Shown here: positions 1-9,226 of the stretch, one piece after another
Position numbering within the stretch: position 1 is the first letter of the stretch
Layout: the number at the start of each line of letters is the position of its first letter
DNA from: an uncultured bacterium
GTDB taxonomy: Bacteria > Fidelibacterota > Marinisomatia > SCGC-AAA003-L08 > JACNLC01
DNA length: 64,000 nucleotides
Assembly (NCBI GenBank): GCA_964409335.1
Contig: CAYPCW010000003.1
Location: forward strand, 6,421 to 70,420
Direction of reading: 5' to 3'
Translations under genes and position numbers: made by a program
The notes under the pieces: generated by a model
Databases searched by the model: none
Told to the model about the DNA's origin: nothing
Seen by the model: the letters and a program-made list of their open reading frames with translations, nothing else

Positions 1-244
1 CAACGCAACTTGAAATGAATTATCTGAAACTGGGAAGAAAATAAGTATGTTCTGGATTGAAGATACAGATAATGGAAAACGCAATTGAGTGGTCAGCCTC
101 CCAAGTTTCCCTGTGCGGGAATAGAACATGATTCGTAGTTTTATTTTCAGTAGTTTTAAACTCATGAACAGAAATAATTTACAAATGATATTCGGTCAAT
201 TCTTATGATTATTCACATAGTAGTATCCAATTAATCAGTCTGTT

Positions 245-2230
245 TTGAAAAAATACCCGCCTTTTTTTACCCTCCTGTTGGTTGGTCTGATGATCGCCAG
301 ACCCTACATTTGGCCTACCAATGCAAGCCAAACCCTCACCACCGTCTTCGGAGACGCACGTCCCCAAAGATTTCATGCAGGGATGGATATTCGGACCTGG
401 GGAAAGACCGGATATGACCTTTATGCTATTGACGATGGTTATATCCAGCGCATACGAACCGGTTCAAAAGGTTATGGAAAGGCGATCTATTTGAAATTGA
501 ATGACGGAAGCACCGTGGTTTATGCTCATCTTGACCACTTCACACCCAAAATGGATCATCTTGTCCGTACACTTCAGGAATCGGCAATGTCCTACACCAT
601 CGATCACTATTTTCCCCCGCTGGAATATCCAGTCAATCAGGGTGAAATTATAGGCATTTCAGGAGATACAGGCACCATCAGCGGACCTCACCTGCATTTT
701 GAGATCCGGGACGAAAACGAGAACCCGGTCAATCCTCAGCTTCTGGGATTATCCGTTAAAGATACATCGTTCCCCGAATTCTTTCATCTGGGCGTCATTC
801 CTCTGTCTCTGAAAACGCGGATTGACGATTCTCCCGTCATGGTGGGATATTCGGCACAAGGGGATGGTCTGCACCGGTTTGTCATCCCAGATACCATCAA
901 TATCTTCGGTTCCGCAGGACTTGCCGTCGAAGTCAAGGATAAATTAGATGGGCAACCTTTCAATTTCGGGCTGTATTCCATTAAACTGGAGATTGACAGT
1001 TTGTTGTGGTTTCAACGGGAATATGATTCATATGCCTTTCGTGAAGAACCATTATCTGCGTGGGATTCAGACTTTGCCCTGAGCCGGATGACAGGAGAAA
1101 AATATTCCAGATTATTTCAGGAACCATCTATTAATGTTCATAATTTTGTAAAACACCGGCGTAAAGATGCGCTTTCGATGGATAGAGGGTATCATTCGTA
1201 CCGGATCACCGCCTCTGATTTTGCGGGAAATTCGGCGACGTTATCCGGCATATTTAATGTTATCGGTCAACCCGCTCAAGATGGTTCCCTCGATATAATG
1301 ACATCAACCTGGGTCAGTCATTTTGCGGAGATGGGTACCCTTATGCTTTATCAATTGAACCATGGATTGGTATTGGTCAAACCGGTTGAAAATCGACAAA
1401 ATGAATTTTTGAAAAGGATAAAAACGAATCCCGAAAGCGGTCTTGCAGCGTTTGTCCTTATCGACGAAAAATCTTATCCATATTTCCGAAAGACAGATCA
1501 GTCAGACATTAATGTCTTTGGAAGCGTGAAATCAACAATAACCGGAATACGACTTGAGCCACCTATAGCAGATAAATATATTCAGCCGGGTGAACCTTTT
1601 GAAGTATGGTCATCCGATAGCTCTGTGGTTATTTCCGGTCCGGCGAATTGCTTTTATTTCCCTGCGCTGGTGTGGATATCCGGACCCGCAAACGAAGCGG
1701 AGTTCCCTTCTGCAGATATCCGGTTCGGTCCTGTTGCTGCCGGGCCAGAACTCATCCCCTTTAAACAGGAGATGCACATGAGTATTCGGAAGCAGACGGA
1801 TCAACCTGCAAACTCCGCAATCTATGTTTTGGATCGTAAGAAAAATAAATGGTCGTATATGAACACGATAGATGAAGGAAAGTATTTGTCTACAACCTTG
1901 TTATCGAGTGGAGAATTTGCGGTCATTACAGAATCCGCGCCGCCTGTGGTTGAAAATATTTTCCCCTCCCACCGCACTGAATACAGCGCTGAAGAAGTTA
2001 ACCGGATCTCGTTCAATGTGCACGATACATTTTCGGGGATTGACGGTGAAGGAAATGTGTCTGTCATATTAGACGGCAAACCGCTAATTTTCGAATACAA
2101 TTATTACAGAGAAAAAGTAAATTACAACCTTTGGGATGCCCTGCCCTCAGGTACACATCAACTGGAGATCATGGCTACGGATAATGTTGAAAATTCCATT
2201 GAAATCAAACGAACATTCACAATTCGGTAA
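245..2230 (+). CDS. M23/LytM family metallopeptidase with a long C-terminal extension
   Basis: 661-aa ORF. M23 signatures HAGMDIR and GDTGTISGPHLHFEIR. Hydrophobic N-terminus (signal/anchor). The TTG start from the ORF track is uncertain. Confidence 0.85.
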   Translation: MKKYPPFFTLLLVGLMIARPYIWPTNASQTLTTVFGDARPQRFHAGMDIRTWGKTGYDLYAIDDGYIQRIRTGSKGYGKAIYLKLNDGSTVVYAHLDHFTPKMDHLVRTLQESAMSYTIDHYFPPLEYPVNQGEIIGISGDTGTISGPHLHFEIRDENENPVNPQLLGLSVKDTSFPEFFHLGVIPLSLKTRIDDSPVMVGYSAQGDGLHRFVIPDTINIFGSAGLAVEVKDKLDGQPFNFGLYSIKLEIDSLLWFQREYDSYAFREEPLSAWDSDFALSRMTGEKYSRLFQEPSINVHNFVKHRRKDALSMDRGYHSYRITASDFAGNSATLSGIFNVIGQPAQDGSLDIMTSTWVSHFAEMGTLMLYQLNHGLVLVKPVENRQNEFLKRIKTNPESGLAAFVLIDEKSYPYFRKTDQSDINVFGSVKSTITGIRLEPPIADKYIQPGEPFEVWSSDSSVVISGPANCFYFPALVWISGPANEAEFPSADIRFGPVAAGPELIPFKQEMHMSIRKQTDQPANSAIYVLDRKKNKWSYMNTIDEGKYLSTTLLSSGEFAVITESAPPVVENIFPSHRTEYSAEEVNRISFNVHDTFSGIDGEGNVSVILDGKPLIFEYNYYREKVNYNLWDALPSGTHQLEIMATDNVENSIEIKRTFTIR

Positions 2231-2232
2231 CA

Positions 2233-2916
2233 TTGGTGTTTATACCGTATAAGGATGACAATCCACGTATTCTGATCCCCTATGTGACTTGGGGTATTTT
2301 GACTATAAACATTCTCGTTTTTATGTGGCAATGGTTTTCCTTTTTTGATGAACCCACTCATGCTGCATTAAGTTTTGGAACCATTCCCGCGCTATTAACC
2401 GGATATTCTCACCCGGTTGATATGTCATTCCCGGTAATTCCGCCCTTTCTTACCTTATTTACGTCCATGTTTATGCATGCCGGGGTCGCCCATTTACTGG
2501 GCAACATGCTGTTTCTATATATATTTGCTGATAATGTTGAAAGCATCCTGGGCCATAGAAAATTCCTGGTTTTCTATCTCGCTTGCGGTGTTGCTGCAAC
2601 CCTTTTACAGGTGGCGACCGATCCTCACTCGTTTTTGCCGATCGTCGGGGCATCGGGTGCGATTTCAGGCGTCATGGCCGCCTACCTTCTTAAATATCCC
2701 AAAGCAAGGATACACGTTTTGGTATTGGTTTTTCCTGTGATCATTCCTGCAGGATTTGTAGTTGGTATTTGGATACTATCGCAGGTCTTGAACGGTCTTT
2801 CCGATATTAACCGCACCGGGGGTGGTGTTGCCTGGTTTGCGCATATCGGCGGATTTCTTGCGGGGGCAATATTATCGGTATTAATTTCTAATTCAAAATT
2901 CAGATGGAGAGCATGA
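2233..2916 (+). CDS. rhomboid family intramembrane serine protease
   Basis: 227-aa polytopic ORF with the catalytic Ser motif GASGAISG and the His motif HIGGFLAG. It starts 3 nt after the M23 stop. Confidence 0.85.
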   Translation: MVFIPYKDDNPRILIPYVTWGILTINILVFMWQWFSFFDEPTHAALSFGTIPALLTGYSHPVDMSFPVIPPFLTLFTSMFMHAGVAHLLGNMLFLYIFADNVESILGHRKFLVFYLACGVAATLLQVATDPHSFLPIVGASGAISGVMAAYLLKYPKARIHVLVLVFPVIIPAGFVVGIWILSQVLNGLSDINRTGGGVAWFAHIGGFLAGAILSVLISNSKFRWRA

Positions 2917-3290
2917 TAAATACAGAATACCTCATCCGGGAAGCAATGTCAGCCCGGGAAAAAGCCATAGCCCCATACAGTCATTACCGGGTGGGGGTTG
3001 CACTTCAAACCACTGATGGGACGGTTATTCACGGATGCAACGTGGAATCAAAGGCGTATCCGACCACTTTGTGCGCAGAAAGGGTAGCCATTTTTTCAGC
3101 CATTTCCCGGGGTTATACGAAATTTTCCGCGATCGCACTTGTGACAGAAGACGGAGGTATGCCCTGCGGCTCATGTCGTCAGATCATGTTTGAATTCCTC
3201 GGTGAAGTTCCTATCATCGTTTCCGACCCTCAACTCAATTTCCAGGAGTTCCGAATATCAGACCTTCTGCCTTATCCTTTTGGAAAATGA
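2904..3290 (+). CDS. cdd: cytidine deaminase
   Basis: 128 aa. Zinc-ligand motifs CAERVAI and PCGSCRQ typical of small tetrameric cytidine deaminases. Confidence 0.9.
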   Translation: MESMINTEYLIREAMSAREKAIAPYSHYRVGVALQTTDGTVIHGCNVESKAYPTTLCAERVAIFSAISRGYTKFSAIALVTEDGGMPCGSCRQIMFEFLGEVPIIVSDPQLNFQEFRISDLLPYPFGK

Positions 3291-3349
3291 GACGTGACAC
3301 ATCTATTGAAATAAACAAGGACAAGTGAAATGAAACGGACCACTTTTAT

Positions 3350-4009
3350 ATGATTGATCCACTTTTAAATAAAACATCAATTTTAATTGGGATTGCCGGT
3401 GGAACGGGATCCGGAAAAACAACGGTTGCCAAAGCATTATCTTCTGAATTCGGAAGTTCCGAAGTTGCGCTGATTGAACAGGATTCGTACTATCGCGATC
3501 TTTCCCATATGGATTTACATGATCGGAGTAAGATCAACTTTGATCACCCGGATGCATTTGATTTCGATATGATGAAAGTTCAGATCCGAACGTTGATTTG
3601 CGGAGGGTGTATTGATGTCCCGGTTTACGATTACAACACGCATACCCGCAGCGGTGAGCTCCGGCATATTGACAGGCATCACATTGTCATCCTCGATGGA
3701 ATCCTCATTTTATTGGATCCTGAATTGCGTAGAATGATGGATATTAAATTATATGTTGAAACAGGAGATGATATTCGGATCATTCGCAGGATTACCCGTG
3801 ATGTTAAAAAAAGAGGCAGGACACTGGAATCCGTCATCGAGCAATATTACAAGACCGTCCGCCCATCCCATCAGCAGTTTGTGGAACCGACCAAAGCCTA
3901 TGCCGATATCATCATCCCCGAAGGGGGCAAAAATAAGGTTGCAATCGATGTGATACGGACGAAAATAATGACATTATTACTGGGATATAAAATTGGAGAT
4001 AAACAGTGA
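3350..4009 (+). CDS. udk: uridine kinase
   Basis: 219 aa. P-loop GIAGGTGSGKTT followed by the EQDSYY and FDHPDAFD motifs of uridine/cytidine kinases. Confidence 0.85.
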   Translation: MIDPLLNKTSILIGIAGGTGSGKTTVAKALSSEFGSSEVALIEQDSYYRDLSHMDLHDRSKINFDHPDAFDFDMMKVQIRTLICGGCIDVPVYDYNTHTRSGELRHIDRHHIVILDGILILLDPELRRMMDIKLYVETGDDIRIIRRITRDVKKRGRTLESVIEQYYKTVRPSHQQFVEPTKAYADIIIPEGGKNKVAIDVIRTKIMTLLLGYKIGDKQ

Positions 4010-4566
4010 AACTAACGCCTCGAATGGGTGGATGGATTGAGATCATTTGCGGTCCAATGTTCAGCGGAAAAACCGAAGAGCTGATCCGGCGCCTGGTCCG
4101 TGCACAAATTGCCAGACAACGGGTTGAGATCTTTAAACCAGAGATCGATAACCGTTACAGTCAGGAATACATCGTGTCACACAATAACCGGCGAATAAAA
4201 TCCGTCGTGATAAATGACCCAAAAGAGATACTGGATCATATTCACGAAGCAGATGTCATTGGGGTGGACGAGGCACAGTTTTTCAACGAATCCATTGTTG
4301 AAGTGTGCAGAACGGTTGCCAGCAAAGGAAAGCGTGTGGTGATCGCCGGCCTGGAAAAAGATTATATGGGTCAACCCTTTGGACCCATGCCCCATCTGCT
4401 GGTCGAGGCTGAATTCATCACAAAGGTACTGGCAATCTGTATGCAATGCGGCGACCCTGCCAATTACAGTCAGCGGATCAGTCAGGAAGGGGGCCAGGTG
4501 GTGGTTGGAGAAGCGGATAAATACGAGGCCAGATGCCGCGCATGTTTTAAACCTCCCTATGTCTAA
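4006..4566 (+). CDS. tdk: thymidine kinase
   Basis: 186 aa. P-loop GPMFSGKTEEL, VIGVDEAQFF, and a C-terminal Cys pair CMQCG...CRAC. The GTG start overlaps the udk stop (GTGA). Confidence 0.9.
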   Translation: MKLTPRMGGWIEIICGPMFSGKTEELIRRLVRAQIARQRVEIFKPEIDNRYSQEYIVSHNNRRIKSVVINDPKEILDHIHEADVIGVDEAQFFNESIVEVCRTVASKGKRVVIAGLEKDYMGQPFGPMPHLLVEAEFITKVLAICMQCGDPANYSQRISQEGGQVVVGEADKYEARCRACFKPPYV

Positions 4567-4712
4567 ACATGTGTAGGTGAACCTGTTTTTTCGGTATTAA
4601 ATTTTCCCGTCCATCTAAAAATGAAATCCTTTCGGGATTTAGTGAAATCCATCAATCGTAAGCTTAAACTGACAACTGTTAATGAAGGTACGAATAACAA
4701 GGAGAAGTAAGT

Positions 4713-6353
4713 ATGCATATTATAAGTATTTTGGGATTATTCACACTATTGGGGATTGCCTGGCTTTTATCCTACCATAAAACCAAAATAAGGTTAAAAC
4801 CCATTCTGTGGGGTGTGGGTCTGCAGTTTCTGTTTGCCCTCATTATTCTCAGAAACGACAAGTTTAGTTTTATTGGAATGGGGATTCTGGGTATCCTGAT
4901 TGTTACATATATTCTTCAGAAAGATGATCAGAAATTGGGGAGTGGTTACAAAGCAATGATTATTGTTGTCCTTGGCAGTATTGCAGTCTGGACCCTTTTT
5001 TACCTGTTGCATCCCACAGTATCCCAATGGGTACTTATTCTATCTTTGATCTTCTTAATTGTCAATTCGATCAAGAAATTTTATCAACCCGCACAACGGT
5101 ATGCAGGTGTATTATTTGTGATTTCCGGGATTGCCTTTCTCGTCACACATGGATTCCACGGACAGGTCATTTTCAAAGGATTCAGCGACAAGATTGCCGG
5201 ATTCCTGAGCTTATCCGATTATGGTGCAAAATTTCTGTTTTCGAACCTCGCTGACAACCGGTTTTTCGGACCATGGGTACCCGATTTCCCTAATGCAGGG
5301 ACGTGGCCGGGATTTGGGTTTCAATTTGGGTTTAAAGTTTTACCCACGATTATTTTCTTCGGTGGATTTATGAGTGTGTTGTATCACCTGGGAATTATGC
5401 AAAAAGTGATCGAAGCCATGAGTAAATTCATGCGCTGGACCATTGGAACCAGCGGTGCTGAAACCCTGTCATGTTCTGCGAATATTTTTGTCGGACAAAC
5501 CGAAGCGCCGTTGTTGATCAAACCCTTCCTAAATAAAATGACAAAATCAGAATTACTCACTGTCATGGTCGGCGGATTTGCTACCATTGCCGGAGGCGTT
5601 TTAGCCGGTTACATCTCCATGGGGATACCCGCCGGCCACTTGATTGCCGCCAGTGTTATGTCCGCTCCCGCAGCATTGGTCGTAGGGAAGATTATTTTCC
5701 CGGAAAGGGAACACTCCCAAACCGCCGGAGACGTTGCATTACCCAAAATCAAAGTCGGCGATAATGTGATCGAAGCCGCAGCGAACGGGATCACCGATGG
5801 ACTAAAGTTAGCGGTCAATGTGGGTGCAATGCTCATTGGTTTTATTGCGCTTATCGCAGTCATTGACGTGATACTGAATTACGCCGACCTGCTGATTGAT
5901 GGTAAATTTCTTAAAGGTGATTATATCCGATACGCAGCATCCGGGATGTCTCCCGCCATAGGTGAATTTCGCGGAATAATCCCCGGATCGCTTCAGACAT
6001 TCTTTGGTACGCTTCTTCGTCCATTGGCATGGATGATGGGTGTTCCGTGGGAGTATGCCGACAAAGTTGGTAATTTACTGGGTATCAAATTATCACTCAA
6101 CGAGTTTGTGGCATATGGAACTCTGGGCGCCTACATCAATGACGGTATATTGAGCCAACGCGCCATAACGATTGCAACCTATGCCTTGTGCGGATTTGCG
6201 AATTTTTCATCTATCGGAATCCAACTCGGAGGCATCAGTGCATTGGCTCCGAACCGGAAATCTGATTTGGCTAAAATAGGATTAAAGGCTATGTTTGGCG
6301 GTGCTATTGCTTCCTTCATGACCGCCACGATTGCCGGGTTTTTAATCAATTAA
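4713..6353 (+). CDS. nupC: NupC/CNT family concentrative nucleoside transporter (enlarged)
   Basis: 546-aa polytopic ORF. CNT-like segments GQTEAPLLIKP, LNEFVAYG and CGFANFSSIGIQLGG. AAGGAG lies 8 nt upstream of the ATG. About 100 extra hydrophobic residues sit after the second helix. Confidence 0.85.
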   Translation: MHIISILGLFTLLGIAWLLSYHKTKIRLKPILWGVGLQFLFALIILRNDKFSFIGMGILGILIVTYILQKDDQKLGSGYKAMIIVVLGSIAVWTLFYLLHPTVSQWVLILSLIFLIVNSIKKFYQPAQRYAGVLFVISGIAFLVTHGFHGQVIFKGFSDKIAGFLSLSDYGAKFLFSNLADNRFFGPWVPDFPNAGTWPGFGFQFGFKVLPTIIFFGGFMSVLYHLGIMQKVIEAMSKFMRWTIGTSGAETLSCSANIFVGQTEAPLLIKPFLNKMTKSELLTVMVGGFATIAGGVLAGYISMGIPAGHLIAASVMSAPAALVVGKIIFPEREHSQTAGDVALPKIKVGDNVIEAAANGITDGLKLAVNVGAMLIGFIALIAVIDVILNYADLLIDGKFLKGDYIRYAASGMSPAIGEFRGIIPGSLQTFFGTLLRPLAWMMGVPWEYADKVGNLLGIKLSLNEFVAYGTLGAYINDGILSQRAITIATYALCGFANFSSIGIQLGGISALAPNRKSDLAKIGLKAMFGGAIASFMTATIAGFLIN

Positions 6354-6407
6354 CCCGGTAAAAATTGTTGTTATCAGTTTATTTATTAATATTATGGTCA
6401 GAAGTGT

Positions 6408-7058
6408 ATGAATATCATTTTAATCGGTGCCCCCGGCGCGGGTAAAGGAACTCAGGCGAAGCATATTTCCCTGAAATATCACATTCCCCATATCTCAACC
6501 GGTGCCATCCTCAGGGATCATATAAAACTTAAAACCAGACTGGGGTTCCAGGCAAAATCCATTATGGATAATGGTCAATTGGTTCCGGATTCAGAAATAT
6601 TGGAAATGGTGCATGAACGGCTGATTGAAAGAGACTGCCGATCAGGCTACATTTTAGACGGCTTTCCCAGGACGATTCCACAGGCAGATGGGCTGGAACG
6701 ACTCCTGAACCCGGAAGGACAGAAAATTGTTTGCGTACTTGTGATCCAAACGGATATCGATATTATTGTTAAACGGTTATCCTCACGAAGGTCATGTACC
6801 CACTGCGGGCGGATTTATAATCTATTATTTAGTCCACCTGAAAAATCAGGCGTGTGTGACACATGTCAGTCGAATCTCATACAACGGGATGATGATCTAC
6901 CGGAAACGATTCTAAATCGGTTAAAGGTGTATAAAAAACAAACTGAACCGCTTATCCGGTATTACCGGGAAAAAAGCCTGACAACGATAGTTAACGGAAA
7001 CCGATCTGAGCGTGATATTACGAATACTATTTTTAAAATATTAAATCAATATGATTAA
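6408..7058 (+). CDS. adk: adenylate kinase (zinc-lid type)
   Basis: P-loop GAPGAGKGTQ. Lid Cys4 CTHCGRIY...CDTC. 216 aa. Confidence 0.95.
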   Translation: MNIILIGAPGAGKGTQAKHISLKYHIPHISTGAILRDHIKLKTRLGFQAKSIMDNGQLVPDSEILEMVHERLIERDCRSGYILDGFPRTIPQADGLERLLNPEGQKIVCVLVIQTDIDIIVKRLSSRRSCTHCGRIYNLLFSPPEKSGVCDTCQSNLIQRDDDLPETILNRLKVYKKQTEPLIRYYREKSLTTIVNGNRSERDITNTIFKILNQYD

Positions 7059-7647
7059 AATTGGAGTAACCGGAGGACTGGGTTCGGGGAAAACCATCGC
7101 AGCCCGGTTTTTTGCCTCAAAAGGTGCAGCGATTTTTGACGCTGACTATGAAGCAAAAGTCCATATGCTTCATTCCAATTCGTTGCAGAAAAAATTAATT
7201 AATATGTTTGGAAATTCTATCAGAAATAGTCGGAACAAGCTGGATTTTGCCGCTCTTGCGGCCATCGCTTTTGAAAATCCGTTAGATCAAAAAATACTCA
7301 ATGGGATCATCTGGCCTGAAGTATTTCTTTTGGTGGAAAAAGCAGCCCAAAAATATGAATCGGAGGGCACCAAATTATTTGCCACGGATGCGGCATTGTT
7401 AATTGAAGCGAAGTACACCCATTTTTTTGATTATGTATTGTTGATCACCGCTGATTATAGCACCCGAATAAAAAGAGCTCACAGACGGGGCAATATTTCT
7501 GATGAACAAATAAAAAAACGGATAAAATTACAAATGACGGACGAAGAAAAAAAACCATTCGCCAGTCATTGGATTGAGAATAACGGTTCCATCGATCAAT
7601 TTATTTCAAATTTGGAGGCATTCTATTCAGGACTATCTTTGCACTAA
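7051..7647 (+). CDS. coaE: dephospho-CoA kinase
   Basis: 198 aa. IGVTGGLGSGKT P-loop at the extreme N-terminus. Overlaps the adk end by 8 nt. Confidence 0.85.
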   Translation: MIKIGVTGGLGSGKTIAARFFASKGAAIFDADYEAKVHMLHSNSLQKKLINMFGNSIRNSRNKLDFAALAAIAFENPLDQKILNGIIWPEVFLLVEKAAQKYESEGTKLFATDAALLIEAKYTHFFDYVLLITADYSTRIKRAHRRGNISDEQIKKRIKLQMTDEEKKPFASHWIENNGSIDQFISNLEAFYSGLSLH

Positions 7648-7657
7648 CCTGAATCTT

Positions 7658-8185
7658 TCAGAACCGATCGATTTCCCGTCTCAATGCAACCGGATCCCCA
7701 AAAATTTCTTTCCACAAAATTGCCTGCTTTAATAAGGGCATTGCTCCAATTCGCTTCAATGCAGAGTTCACCCGGACACCGCCTCCGGATTTACTGACTT
7801 CAGCAGGCGGTTCAGAATGATCAAAGTCTTCGTACTCATAATTTTGAGACGAGGCTGCGGCATAGTCAGACTGTAGTTCCCGCTCAAATTCTTCATATTG
7901 GGTCTCTACGAGTTCTTCCTGAGGGGGTTGTGGTGAATATTCCAAATCTTCAGGTTCCTCTAAAACTACAGCTTTGGGGATCATGGGCTCATGTGGAATT
8001 GTACTGCGATATTCCTTTTTTATTGCGTTAAGAAGATTAAACACATTTTCCGTGGTCGGCGGAGGAGGGTTCGGCGTCCTCCGCTCTTCCAGCTTACGTT
8101 GTTTTTTCTTCTTCGCTATAATGGCGGAGAAAATTAAGTACAGAATGATCCCGAGAATCCCCGGTTCAAATCCGGAAAAGTTCAT
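7658..8185 (-). CDS. hypothetical single-pass membrane protein, Pro/Glu-rich
   Basis: 175 aa. N-terminal TM helix then KKKKQRK, low-complexity PNPPPPTT and an acidic EE/YE-rich stretch. Its start abuts the floA stop, so it is the third gene of the nfeD-floA operon. No family recognised. Confidence 0.55.
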   Translation of the reverse strand: MNFSGFEPGILGIILYLIFSAIIAKKKKQRKLEERRTPNPPPPTTENVFNLLNAIKKEYRSTIPHEPMIPKAVVLEEPEDLEYSPQPPQEELVETQYEEFERELQSDYAAASSQNYEYEDFDHSEPPAEVSKSGGGVRVNSALKRIGAMPLLKQAILWKEIFGDPVALRREIDRF

Positions 8186-9196
8186 TTATTTACCGGGTTT
8201 TTCGTCCGCGAATCCTGAACTATCAGAATCCGGTTTGGATATGGATTTTCTCATTTGAGAATCAGCCTGTATATTTTGCATCCGAAAGTAATCCATCACG
8301 CCCAGATTGCCTTTTCGGAATGCCTCTGCGAGCGCTTTAGGAACTTCTGATTCGGCTTCGACCACTTTTGCCTGCATTTCCTGGGTAAGCGCTTTCATCT
8401 CCTGTTCAGCGGCAACAGCCATTGCTCTCCGGCTTTCTGCCTTCGCCTGAGCCACTTTTTTATCCGCTTCAGCCTGATCTGCGGCAAGATGTGCGCCGAC
8501 GTTTTTCCCTACATCTACATCTGCAATATCAATGGATAAGATCGCATATGCCGTGCCCGCATCCAGACTTTTGGCGAGGACCGTTCTCGAAATATTATCG
8601 GGATTTTCAAGGACATCTTTATAGGTGTTCGATGATCCGATGGCACTGACAATGCCTTCACCGACACGAGCAATGACGGTATCATCTGTCGCTCCCCCCA
8701 CAAGCTGTTCAATATTGGTTCTGACGGTAACCCTGGCTTTGGCATATAATTGAATACCGTCACGGGCAACAGCTGACACTTTACCTTCCCGTGGACAGTC
8801 AATGACTTTGGGATAGACGCTGGTAGCCACTGCTTCTTTTACATCTCTGCCGGCGAGATCGATGGCAGTTGCGGTCTTAAAATCCAAATCGATATTCGCT
8901 TTATCCGCGGCGATGAGTGCGTCTACCACTTTCGGTACTTTTCCCCCGGCGAGATAGTGCGTTTCAAGTTCTTCCGACGTAATGAGGTCTAATCCGGCAC
9001 GATGCAGATTGATGATGCCGTTCACCATCATTTTTGGCGGGATTTTCCGCATACGCATGATGACTAATTTCACCATGCCCACCTTTCCCCAACCAATTGA
9101 CACACCTGCCTGAAACCATAATCCGATGGGGACAAAATAGAAAAATACCAATAAAGCCAAAATCCCTAATGGTATAAAAATCGCTAAAGTATTCAT
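8186..9196 (-). CDS. floA: flotillin-like protein FloA (YqfA/UPF0365 family)
   Basis: 336 aa. Near-collinear by eye with B. subtilis FloA: [19 protein letters not shown]...[50 protein letters not shown]. Confidence 0.9.
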   Translation of the reverse strand: MNTLAIFIPLGILALLVFFYFVPIGLWFQAGVSIGWGKVGMVKLVIMRMRKIPPKMMVNGIINLHRAGLDLITSEELETHYLAGGKVPKVVDALIAADKANIDLDFKTATAIDLAGRDVKEAVATSVYPKVIDCPREGKVSAVARDGIQLYAKARVTVRTNIEQLVGGATDDTVIARVGEGIVSAIGSSNTYKDVLENPDNISRTVLAKSLDAGTAYAILSIDIADVDVGKNVGAHLAADQAEADKKVAQAKAESRRAMAVAAEQEMKALTQEMQAKVVEAESEVPKALAEAFRKGNLGVMDYFRMQNIQADSQMRKSISKPDSDSSGFADEKPGK

Positions 9197-9226
9197 TTCG
9201 AAAATTCCTTTACATTTGTTAAACTG

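Noticed and set aside
18-30. 13-mer AATTATCTGAAAC repeated at 18-30 and 36018-36030, both in non-coding DNA
   Set aside because: A back-of-envelope estimate suggests many chance 13-mer repeats are expected in 64 kb read on both strands, especially in AT-rich spacers. There is no extended similarity around the core.
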